Under the pieces are notes generated by a model. It saw only the letters and a program-made list of their open reading frames with translations, was not told where the DNA came from and made no database searches. A program made the translations under genes and the position numbers. Shown in pieces: positions 9,012-19,867 of a stretch of 64,000 nt of DNA. The stretch's first letter is position 1; each line of letters starts with the position of its first letter. Origin of the DNA: Podarcis erhardii. Lineage: Eukaryota. The stretch lies in NCBI GenBank assembly GCA_964252035.1, contig OZ176209.1; one strand, written 5' to 3'.

Positions 9012-11364
9012 AGAAGTTAAGAATACAACAAGTAATGAGATCCCATTGCCCGGAGACCCCAATCTTCAAAGTCCAAGATGTGCTTTGTCGCCTCCAACAG
9101 TAAGCAATTTTTTAAAAAAGAAAATACTGAACAAGGCCACTAGTTAATGGGGAAAAGAAAGCTGTAACTCTGAACTATACTACACTGAAAACCTGCACAC
9201 ACAAAGGAAGCAAGCGAACCTCCGATTGCTGAGAGTAAGGCATTCAGGTGCCAACCTGGGAAGAAGTCTCAGCAAGCACCACGGAAAAGTGCACAGCTAA
9301 GCAGTTTTTCTTATTGGGACACAAAAAAATGTCCTAAACAGAGACCAAAGGGGTCGAATAAGTGGAGGGTGTGTTTTTGTACAGGTTGTGTGCTGTAGGA
9401 CCAGGTTGTGAGAAACCCTTTCTGGGAGTGAGCATAGGATGATCTAGAAAAAATGCTTTTCAGATAGGTAGATCTGAGTCTGATATGTATTAGCACATTC
9501 CCCATCAGGCAAGCCACCCTTCTTACAGATGGCTACATTTACCACTGGGAAGGTTAAATCATCACTGGCCTTCCTGTTCCATTACAGGGGTTCAATTAAT
9601 ACTGTTCTGTTTTTTTAGTATGGGATTGAACAATCAGAGCGTTAGGGTGCCATTCTGGCCTATCTGCATTCAGCACATCAGGATCCTACCCAGGATATAC
9701 ACATCTGAAGTTGCCTACAAGCACCCGTTAAGCACTTCTTGTAGGTCTAAACACTAAAGACCAACTTCCTTCTAATAATCAAAAAAGCAGTGTGACAAAT
9801 TCTATCATCTCCCAACACTTGTAGTTAATTATACTATGGGCCAAAGGAACTGCCCCCACTGTGAGTATTCAACAACACAAATTCTACACTGTGTCAAAAC
9901 ATTTATCTCCATCTCTGACATGCCTCACCAGGCTAGCAGGAGAAAACAGCAACTACACTTCTTGCCCAACTGAGTATTCTGCTTAGTGATAATTTGCCCT
10001 TCTCAGAATGTACACTACCCCACAAGCAGTTAAGCTATCTGGGGAAGTTTTTAAAGAGACAACAAGCTTCTCTTGGGTACCAAGCACTCTTTTGAGGAGA
10101 GGCAAAAATGTAATATCCAAGCAGATTCTGCAAGCTGTTCTTTTTAAAGAAAGAAAAAAGCCCAGTGCGCAGCGTTGTCTTATATACCAGAAGGAAGCAA
10201 GAAGGAGTGGCAGTGTTACATTGCAGCCAAGTGGAGCTTGGTGGAATTTAATACCGGGCAACCTTAGTGCTACTGTAGTTCAGCAGCACACAACATAATC
10301 TAGAATGAATTAACAGCTAGTCTAGGCTGCTTTTTCATATGTTCCTCCTCACTCCCTGCAGACCATCTTATCCTACTGTCTCTCAACTAGAAGGCAGATG
10401 CCTGACACTAACAATTGCACTTGGATAAAAAAGGATAGCAGGCCCAACTGAATGGTGAAACACTGACAAGAGACCCCACTGCCAAAGAGGTCGAGATACA
10501 TACCATATTGTGCCTTAAGCCATCAAATCCCAACACAGCAAAAGGCTGGTGGAAAGAAAGACCACCTAAAGACTATCCACAAAATGGCAGAGATCTTAGA
10601 AGGCACTCCCTGCCAAGGGAGCAGAGCTCAGCTGCACAATGTCTCCTGCCTTTGCCTTCTGAACGTACAGGGGCCCAAGTGTCAGCCCGATTTAAGGTTG
10701 TCCACACTTGCTTACCCTGAACCCTTGTGTGCAGACTGAGCCTGCTGGGTCTAGCTGTCCAGTATATCCCCAAACATTAGGAAGAATCTGTAGAACCCGA
10801 TGCTGCAGGGGTTTCACCTGGCCCTCTTGCACTTAAAAGGGTTCGTGCAAACTTGAAACAGTGTGTGGTACTTGCATGTTGCTATCTATACAAAAAACCC
10901 TCCCCTCCCACACAATTTTAAAACATTTATATAAACTTTTCAATTAAACAGAATGTTAGAAATCTTATTTACATTTTTCCTCCCAAAAGAGCATCTAAAA
11001 ATCAACTTACCTGAACAAGATACAAATCTTAATCAAGCTAGATTTTAAAAAAGAAAAAAAAATGCTAAGCCATCTCCCCATGACAACCCCTCTTGTTTTT
11101 CTACAAATAAATATGGCATTGAACAGAAGCTGATTAAGAAAGGGCTTTCTGTAGCTTAGTCTGTAGACCCCAGGAATAAATTAGGGTTTAAGAACTTCCA
11201 GGTCTTCAGAATCAATTCACTCCAATGCTTGAGGTATGAATTTCTCTTCCAAGTTTTAGTTAGAATCCCTGCGAAGCTTCTACACCATCCTGGGTCAGGT
11301 GTAGACTGACTGCTCCAACAGTTCTGCTTTTTTGGTTACGATCTTGGACAAGTGGTCAGTTTTA

Positions 11365-11490
11365 CTACATCTCGTCCTCTGAGCAGCCTCCACCAACTGT
11401 GAAGCGGAACTCCTGAAGGTTTGAAACTCCATGGAAGTGCGCAAATGCACCAGCCACTACAAAGACATGAAACAGCTGGTGGGAGTGGAA
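11365..11490 (-). CDS. ADIPOR2: Adiponectin receptor 2, last coding exon
   Basis: Acceptor TCTCCCATAG. Translates FHSHQLFHVFVVAGAFAHFHGVSNLQEFRFTVGGGCSEDEM*, containing the PAQR zinc-binding HxxxH motif. TAG at 11367-11365. Confidence 0.96.
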   Translation of the reverse strand, partial: FHSHQLFHVFVVAGAFAHFHGVSNLQEFRFTVGGGCSEDEM

Positions 11491-12139
11491 CTATGGGAGA
11501 AAGAAAAACAGAACACCGTTTCACCTTAGGTAAAGGAGACTCCCATTTTCCAGTACAGTCACCAAAGGAGGGCATCACAGGTGGTACTGGCTACTAAGTA
11601 GAGATTGTGAAGTATCAACCAGCCAAAGAATAAGCCATCTTGCTTCCTAGGAATCCATTGTTTGTTTCTCTGTGTGAACAGGCTATGCAAGCACCAAGAG
11701 GTGCCAATTTAAACCCACCCAGCCCCAGTCAACTTGGCATAACTGGCTAGAGGACAAGATACATGCTCACATACACATAAACAAACAAAGACAGAGCATT
11801 AACAGCACTGTATCAGAATGGTTGTATTTTGGCAGCTGTGCACCATTCCCTCTCTTGGGAGCCAGATGTGCCAAGGCAGATACAGTGCAAATATTTTTCA
11901 TTCTTGTAATGCCTACCAAGAGAAGGTTGCAGAGTTTCACAGGGTTTTAAAGTTAGCAGTTGCACAGCAGGGCTCCATTTTAGCCCAGAACTGAGCAGTA
12001 AGAGGCATTTATAGAACTGTGTCTTTATAGAGCTCGGCCACAGACCACAGTGATCCATCACTGCAGATATGCAGTAGGGATGGCATTAATGCCTCTCACC
12101 CTCCCTATTATGTGCCTGCCATCTATTAGCCATACTTAC

Positions 12140-12333
12140 CCAGATGTCACACTTGCCCGGGAAGAACCTCTCCGGGATGCGAGCAGCATACAGTGCAGCG
12201 CCAGTGATATACAGGCAGGCCATGAGAGCCAGCCAGCCTATCTGCCCCATTGTGGCAGCCTTGAGGAGCCCTTCCGTGATGACAAAGTGCAGGGTGGGGA
12301 TGACCCCACTAAGGCCCAGAGCCAGAAACACTC
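12140..12333 (-). CDS. ADIPOR2: ADIPOR2 coding exon 6 of 7
   Basis: AG/GT boundaries (12335-12334; GTAAGT at 12139), 194 bp. GVFLALGLSGVIPTLHFVITEGLLKAATMGQIGWLALMACLYITGAALYAARIPERFFPGKCDIW. Confidence 0.96.
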
Positions 12334-13108
12334 CTAGGAGATAAGGGAAGTGGGACAGATTCAGCCTTGGACACAAGAGAAGCAGTGGCAGAGATGAGGG
12401 CAAACTGCCAAAGCTCAGGATCCCAAAGCAGAGCAGGAAGATTACTTGGGTGGTTGGTTTTTAGGGCCACAACCCATTTGGTCAACTAGAGAGGAGCCCC
12501 TGATCAATCTGGGAACACATTTTTAAAAAATAATAATTTCTATGTACTTCTAATCATAGTGCTAAATGTCATTTTAGAAGAGGCATTCTCTCTTCTGTTG
12601 CAACCAGGAGGCATATTCTCCTTCAATACTATGCCTGCTGCAGCACATACATGTGTGTGTGTGCACACACGCACACACAAACACACAGATACACACACAA
12701 CACTTAAATACTAGATAAAGAAAGTATGCTTTTCCATTCCAAAGTCATCATTTTATTCAAGTGACTTTTATTATGCAGATCATTTAAAATTGCAATCAAC
12801 CAACTATAATTTCTTTAATTAGACAAAATTCTTTTTGTTGTAGAAATATGTTAATATACCTCTAGCTTTCTAAGTACACTAGAGACTGTAGCACAAGCCT
12901 TGAAATAAAGACTCCCTGCCAGTGGGCTGTGAGTGGCAGAAAGAAACTTTGGCCTTCGTGTACCACTGACTGACCAAAAAAGTGCAGCACTTACATCAGT
13001 CGTGGAAGAATAAACTTCAAAGGTGTTTTGTCTGCTCCAGCCCACAGATTGAACTGACAGTTCACGATAATTAAAACCTTCAATATTTGCAAAATAGTAT
13101 TCCCAGTA

Positions 13109-13310
13109 CAGTGGTACCTCAGGTTACAAACTTTGGGTTACAGACTCCGCTAACCCGGAAGTAGTACCTCGGGTTAAGAACTTTACCTCAGGATGAGAAC
13201 AGCAGCAGGAGGAGGCCCCATTAGCTAAAGTGGTACCTCAGGTTAAGAATGGTTTCAGGTTAAGAACGGACCTTCGGAACGAATTAAGTTCGTAACCAGA
13301 GGTACCACTG
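13109..13310. mobile_element. Tc1/mariner-type MITE, family A copy 1
   Basis: TIR CAGTGGTACCTC(A/T)GGTTA, TA TSD at 13107-13108 and 13311-13312. Same family as 49274, 54465 and 63513. Confidence 0.9.
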
Positions 13311-13769
13311 TACTAAGTTTCAATTGCTATATATTTCATCTCCTGATCCTCTGTATAAATTTACAACTTCCTGGAAGGTACAGAAATATTCTAGAACAAA
13401 TTCTTCAAACTTCCAGCAGGCAAATGAGACTTTCCCCCCTGAATTCATGACTACATTCACATTCTGTGTGCGTGCGCATGCACACGTGCAAGAATTTCAC
13501 CTTCCCTCAGAGGAGTCCTTCCCATGCACTGCTACAGGAGTTACTGTTCCAAGTGTGCCCCCCAAATGGAAGGAGACAAAGCCCAGAGCAGCAATTTTTG
13601 TAGAGATTCCGCAAGTAGCATCCTCTGCACTGGAGTATCAGAAAAACCTAATCATTTCCAAAAGCAGAGATGGACAGAACAAAGTCTCCATCCTCCTGTA
13701 AAGATGGAATGGAAAGGCAGGCAGGCAGGCAGGCCGGAGCGGTGGAATAAGCATCTTGGCTAGGAGTCC

Positions 13770-14095
13770 TTGTTACTGGCCTTTTTTCCACCTGGCCAGG
13801 GAAGGCAGGGCCCTGACTCCAGCTACAAAAACTGAGGCGACTGAACAGACTGTTGGGCTGGGGCGTTGTTTAGCGTGTTCTGTTTGGAGGGGTGTGTGTG
13901 GCTGTTATTGATATAATTTTTTGCATTTTATTTTAGATCTTATGATCTATGTGGAAATGTTCAATTTGGATGTGTACTTTTTGAAATTTTATTTATGGTT
14001 GAAAATTACTTTTGCTATGTAATTATTATTTTTTTCATGTTGTAAGCTGCCTTAAGCATGGTTTAAACTACAGAAAGGTGGCATACAAATAAAAT
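13770..14095 (+). mobile_element. L2-like LINE 3' end
   Basis: AT-rich spacer ending TGTAAGCTGCCTT...AGAAAGGTGGCATACAAATAAAAT; the same architecture recurs at 23775, 28855, 52890 and 63800. Family from recall. Confidence 0.55.
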
Positions 14096-14692
14096 GCTGA
14101 ATGTGTGTATGTCTGTAACAGCAAACAGCTTCCCTGCTGGCAGATGTTTTTCGTCCTTAGGAGATTCTTTTTCTTTCAGTTCCCTCATGACAAAATTTGG
14201 AAACTACTGCACTAGAAGATGCATTTAGGGTTTTGATTTTAAACAATATCTTATCCTAAATTATCCTCCTGCCTGACTTTCTAGCTTCCTCAGACTTAGC
14301 CAGAATTTAGAGCCATTATGAAAGATGGCATCCAGCTAAGCTGATGAGTCATTTTCACAAATTGTGTTCATTGAACAGACTTGGCATTTACAGCCAGAAT
14401 CCTTAACTTATTGTCATCCAAACAAGATGTCACATAATGAGTACTACAAGTTAATCATACAAAAAAAAGGGGGGAGGGAGAACAGTGCAAATTAAAACAC
14501 ACATGATGCAGGCACAAGGAATCTTGTGGCATCTAAATACCAACCAATTTATTATGTATCCATGAAGGGATGCCCATGTATAAGGTGCATGAAGTACTAA
14601 CTATCCACAACTAGTGGATTCTCTGTACACATAAAGAATGAAGAGTGCAAACTTTTCAAGGCCTGTTTGGGGACTACATTTTGCTGTATGTA

Positions 14693-14929
14693 CAGTCATA
14701 CCTCATGTTACATTTGCTTCATGTTACATTTTCTCAGGTTGCATCCCACAGCAACCTGGAAGTACCGGAAAGGGTTACTTCTGGGTTTCACCGCTCACGC
14801 ATGCGCAGTAGCGCTAAATCGCACTTCGTGCATGCGCACAAGCGCCAAATTGCGCTGCGCACAGATACAGCGCTTCAGGTTGCAGACTTTTCATGTTGCG
14901 AACGGGCCTCCGGAATGGAGGTACCACTG
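14693..14929. mobile_element. Tc1/mariner-type MITE, related family B, CpG-rich
   Basis: Ends CAGTCATACCTC / GAGGTACCACTG with TA on both sides (14691-14692, 14930-14931). Interior differs from family A. Confidence 0.8.
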
Positions 14930-15304
14930 TATATCTGTCTGTACACAAATATACACAAATACGCCATAAGCATGGCTAATGGAAGGCAACACATCATGGA
15001 TGGCGACTTTAACTCACAAAAACTTGTGTCGCTATAAATCTGAATATGGAACATTAAAGAAGTTTTGTTGCAGACAGATATGGCTACCTCTCTAGAACCT
15101 GACATTATGCAAATATGACTGGCAGATTAGGAGTGTCAAACTTTTAATCTATGAGCACGCGCACACTCCGTTCAAAGTTACATTAAAAAAAAATAGCACC
15201 ATGCATAAGTAAGTTCAGCACTTTGTTCCAATTTGGAATAAAATTTCAGACCAAATCCCTTCATGTGGAGGAAAGCATTTTAAAAGTGATCCTTTGAGTC
15301 TTAC

Positions 15305-15492
15305 CTGCTCGTACTGCTCGATACTGGGGGGTTGCAAACCTGTCCCATTGGGAAACTATAATGGCTGTGATGCCCAGGACACAGATGACAATCAAGTAGA
15401 TGAAGCAGGGCTGAGGGTTGCAATAGAAGGAGTAGTAGAGCCATGGGACAAAACTGCCCATAATGAGGAGGGCGATGCCAGAGTAGTCCAGT
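15305..15492 (-). CDS. ADIPOR2: ADIPOR2 coding exon 5 of 7
   Basis: 188 bp, AG/GT. (K)LDYSGIALLIMGSFVPWLYYSFYCNPQPCFIYLIVICVLGITAIIVSQWDRFATPQYRAVRA(G). Confidence 0.96.
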
Positions 15493-15914
15493 CTAAGGCA
15501 AGGGAAGAGAGGGGGAAAGTTGTTTCAGGAAGGTCACATGAAATAGCCTGCTCACTGATTGCACAGCCTCCACAGCACCCAACAAGCCTAACCTAGTTGC
15601 ATCATTGTCCAGCTTCTGGTGCAAGACTTCTGTGGTTAATAAGGTTCCTACTGTGACCACCCCTAAACAGCAACTTCAAAATATTAGCAAAGGCAGACAA
15701 ACCTTAGGAGAAGAGCTCTGATCTAAATTCTTTAATCTTGGCCTGCTAACCACAATGTCAGGAATATGGGCAGCCTATCAATGGCTGAAGTAGAGCTCTT
15801 AGGCAAATTCCAGTTCCTCAGCCTGGACCCAACAGCTAATACACTGACAATTTTCATAGTGCTTCACATACATTTTCCGGCTCTGAAGTCACACTGAACC
15901 ACTACAATACTTAC

Positions 15915-16101
15915 TTGGAGAATAGTCTTGAGACACCTTCTGAATGGCAGTAAACTGTGTGGAAGAGCCATGAGAAGGAGAGGCAGAGAATGGCTCCCAA
16001 GAAGAACACTCCAACCACTACCTTCTCTTGTACAGGTGCTACAAAGGACATGTTTGGCCGGAACATGTAAAAGATGCCCAGACACAGAAAGAACACACAA
16101 C
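15915..16101 (-). CDS. ADIPOR2: ADIPOR2 coding exon 4 of 7
   Basis: 187 bp, AG/GT. (G)CVFFLCLGIFYMFRPNMSFVAPVQEKVVVGVFFLGAILCLSFSWLFHTVYCHSEGVSRLFS(K). Contains the SxxxH motif; residues match ADIPOR2 rather than ADIPOR1. Confidence 0.96.
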
Positions 16102-17356
16102 CTAAACAAAGAAAAATAAATGTTACAAGACCGCCGAAGTTTGTGCATGTGTAGCGGGAGAACCCCAAAAAAGCATCACAGCAAATTCAGTACACTTGAG
16201 AAATGTCATCTGTCACATTTCTGTAGATCATTTGACTTAACATTTGCAAATCATTGAGTGAGGTACTACATATACTTTGAACAGCTTTGGGAAACCCCTG
16301 GCCACATTATGCACATGTTAAAATGTGGTTTAGTGTGCTGTGCATGGAGTGGAACATGGTGGAATGGGTGGCCTGATATAAAGCTGGAAACAGATTCAAT
16401 TTGCTGTTTGTCTGCATTATTTCTCCCAAGTATTATGAGGCAGGGTGGTGTAGCATACAGAGCTTGGGCTGGCACAAATATGACCAATCAATGAACCAAA
16501 GGGCTTTAGGTTTATTCCAACCTAAATGTTCTGCCAAGCAAAACAGTTGCTGACAATAATGTTTAAAGTATGCAAGCTTAGCTCTAGTTCCGTCCTCCCC
16601 AACGAGCCAAACAGAATATGGTCACTGCAATGCCAACTGAAGCTAATTTGAGGCCTGTTTCATCATTAGTCCCAAGAGCCAGGAAAGGTCCAGTAAGCAC
16701 AGGCAATTAAGCTTATTTCAAGGGCAATGCTGCTGTGAGAAAGCCACACAGAAGTACAAAGCACACAATTTTTCTGCAGCATTGCAATTCAGATGTCCCA
16801 GGTTGAAGGCTTGGACCAAGGTCTTGACTCAGAGCAGCACACGCATACCAAAGTGTTTACACTTTCTTCCTAAAAGCTATTAGTGAACAGCAGTGTTGGA
16901 GCAGAAATCTGAATTATCTTTCTGGACAACAGGAAGAGGATTCATGTAGATCTGCCAAGTCAATCTGAGCATCCTCAAAACATTATCAGTGATGGGGTGA
17001 GGGGAGTACAACACAAACAGAAAAGGGGGAATTTGCACATCTGAGTAATTCAAACCAAGTTAGTTGGTGCTGAACAAAGAGAAGTTATTCTACCAAACAG
17101 GCATTTAGTAAGATTACTGAAGGGGAAAGTCACTGCAACCCAATGCAACCCTTTGTCCAGGATCCATCTATGCAAGTATAATTCACCCCAAACTCTTGCC
17201 CAACATATCCTGTAGAGTCCTGTCAGATGTGCTCCAGGCAATCTTGCTCTTGCTATTGGATCAGCAGTAAGTTCCAAAGTCTATTTCCTTTGCTTCTTAA
17301 CTCAGTTATTAGTTATAAAAGATAAATTCATATGACATTTACATCCAAGTCAATAC

Positions 17357-17528
17357 CTAGTAGGTGTGTCCAGATATTGCCGGTCTCTGTGTGTATTCTG
17401 AAAATGCTTTTGAAGCAAGCCCGGAAAGAGGGCATGGGTGGGCGGTGCCCATGCAACAGGTAATCGTTGTCCTTCAGCCAGTCGGGCAAGACGTCAAAGG
17501 GGATGACGCGCCATCTGCCCTCCCACAC
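17357..17528 (-). CDS. ADIPOR2: ADIPOR2 coding exon 3 of 7
   Basis: 172 bp, AG/GT. VWEGRWRVIPFDVLPDWLKDNDYLLHGHRPPMPSFRACFKSIFRIHTETGNIWTHLL(G), with the PAQR ETGNIWTH motif. Confidence 0.97.
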
Positions 17529-18604
17529 CTAAAGGGAGTAAGGAGGGGTTGTGTTAGTCCTCCTGTGGCAGTTTCCCAAGGAAATACACATTAAATTTCA
17601 AATGGAAAAAGCAGTATAGAGAATAATTCAGCCACTGCACTCTTCCACAAAATCCACAGCACCTTTACCATCACAAATAATTTTGAAATTAGTATGACGT
17701 TTCAGGAAACTGAAAAAACTGCTCCCTGTAGTGTACCACATGAAAGCAAAGAAAAGCCAATCCAAAGCACCCCTCCATGAAAGTTTGGGAGCATGTTTGC
17801 CATTCTAAAATATGAATCACCCAAAGTCAAATATTCTGCAACTTCAGTGATAGGTGGAAAAAAGAAAGATGGTAACAATGGAGCTTCATTAAAGTTGGGG
17901 TTCATATATTTGTAGAAATTTTGTTAATAAATCCTGCATTTCCAAGGTCATCCTTCCAATTATGAAAAGATAGCAGCAAAACAAGGTAAAAATAATATTC
18001 TCTGTTCTGATTCTGACGTTAGAGCCAGACACCAGCATAAACTATTTCCCTTTAAAATTAGCCAAGGAAAGTCAAGACCAGTAATATTTACACAGCTCAC
18101 AATGAATTTGTCCAGGGTGGCATTTCAATAGAACTGGCTTTTTTCACTTGGGACGGTGGACACAATGAGGCTGCTACACAAGGGAGACAAATGGTAATCT
18201 CCAAACAAAGATTTGCAAAGGCCTGAAGGAGTGTGGGTGGAAAAAGGTGACCTTGTAAATTAAAGTTCTCTGACCCAGAAACACTAGAAGCAGAGGGCAT
18301 TATTCTGCTTGGACTTCCACAGATGTTTCAAAAAAGAGGCTCAACAGTTGTACCATCATGTTTAATCCTACATTTCAACGTGTAATCCCTATCGTGCTAA
18401 ACTTTCTAATTCATCCAATTACTGGAAGCGCAAGATCCCAACACGCACAGTGGCAGCATCAGCCAAGACAACAGAACTCCTTGACGGCCACCCACTGTGA
18501 CTTGGCTCTTTGTTGCCAGAAGTGCACGCACTGCTAGCCAAAGGACCCAACAGCTGTGTGAAGCACACCAGAGCATGATGGGCACTTGCTTTGCAGCCTC
18601 TTAC

Positions 18605-18718
18605 CTTACATACAAACTCTTCCATCCTCTCCATGGCATGGTGAGCTTGGAGAGGCAGCATCCCCATAAATCCTTCATCCTCATGAGCTGCATCATCGCT
18701 GCCAACATGATCAGAACT
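18605..18718 (-). CDS. ADIPOR2: ADIPOR2 coding exon 2 of 7
   Basis: 114 bp, acceptor TTTCAG, donor GTAAGA. SSDHVGSDDAAHEDEGFMGMLPLQAHHAMERMEEFVCK. Confidence 0.94.
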
Positions 18719-18899
18719 CTGAAACATAAAAGAATTGTTGAATAACAAGCAAAAACAAGTTTTGCTTTCAGTGACTTAACACAGAATTATATCAAATATG
18801 AAGCCAGATAAGCACACAAGTGTAGAATGTTCAAAAGAAAAATGTTCTCTAGCTGCATACTCCAGAATTAGGTTCTCTAGCCAATGCTGTTGAGCAAAA

Positions 18900-19556
18900 T
18901 GCAATGGAGTTGGTGGTCCCCAATTTGTGCTATGGAAGGGAAGAGACTATTAGGTATAGCTGCCACTTTGTGTTGCAGTAGCAAAAAAGGCTCATGCTAT
19001 TCTAGGCTGCATCGACAGAAATATAATGTCCCAATCAAGGGAAATAATAGTTCCACTCTATTTTGCCTTGGTTAGACCACACCTGGAGTACTGTGTCCAG
19101 TTCTCGACAGCACAGTTTAAGAAGGATATTGACAAGCTGAAACGTGTGCAAAGGAGGGTAACCAAGATGACAAAGGATCTGGAAACCGAGCCTGATGAGG
19201 AACAGTTGAGGGAAGTGGGTATGTTTAACCTGGATAAGAGGAGACTGAGAGGAGATCTAACAGCCATCTTCCAAGCTTGTTGTCTCCTCTGGAGACTAGG
19301 ACCCAAACCAATAGCTTCAAGTTACAAGAAAGGAGATTCTGAATAAACATCAGGAAGAACTTTCTGAGGGTAAGAGCTGTGTGACAGTGGAAGAGACTCC
19401 CTCAGAAGGTGGTGGACTCTCCTTCATTGGAGGTATTTAAGCAGAGGTTGGAATGTTGTCTGTCATAGATGCATTAGTTGAGATTCCTGCATTGCTGGGG
19501 GTTAGAATAGATGACCCTCTGGGTCCCTTCTAACTCTATAATTCTATGATTCTATT
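18900..19556 (+). mobile_element. CR1 LINE 3' fragment with degenerate ORF2 C-terminus
   Basis: ORF 19026-19346 encodes PLYFALVRPHLEYCVQF...KRVQRR...RRLRGDL, typical of CR1 ORF2 C-termini. ATTCTATG tail at 19541-19556. 5' boundary approximate. Confidence 0.9.
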
Positions 19557-19820
19557 ACTCCCTTTTAGAAAGATAGACAAAACTCTGAATTTGATCATGC
19601 TTTTTCCTTTCTTTCAATGTGAAATAAGATGCGGTTAACACAGCATGAATGCATTTTGCAGTTTGTTGCCCTTGCACAGATTATGTCAATCACCAACCTA
19701 TTTACTAGAAAAGAACTGTTAAACAAACACAATTTGCATGCCTTTGCTTATGAGAATCCAGTTATTAGCTACAACAATGTTTTAGGAAGAATCAGTGTCA
19801 GGCAAACTCAATGGTAAACT

Positions 19821-19867
19821 AAACAAATTCCTTCCAGTAGCACCTTAAAGACCAAGTAAGTCAGTTC
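19821..19867 (-). mobile_element. Penelope-like element terminal fragment (no ribozyme core left)
   Basis: Reverse complement of GAACTGACTTACTTGGTCTTTAAGGTGCTACTGGAAGGAATTTGTTT, nearly identical to the tails at about 23296-23345 and 49120-49165. Confidence 0.7.

Noticed and set aside
12050-12344. Antisense ORFs over real exons (also 15294-15596, 17364-17594, 52249-52674, 59668-59868)
   Set aside because: Expected shadow ORFs opposite coding exons; no independent support.
19026-19346. 106-aa ORF as a host gene
   Set aside because: It is the degenerate CR1 ORF2 C-terminus.
19821-19867. Third hammerhead ribozyme
   Set aside because: Only the PLE tail is present; no CUGANGA or GAAA core.
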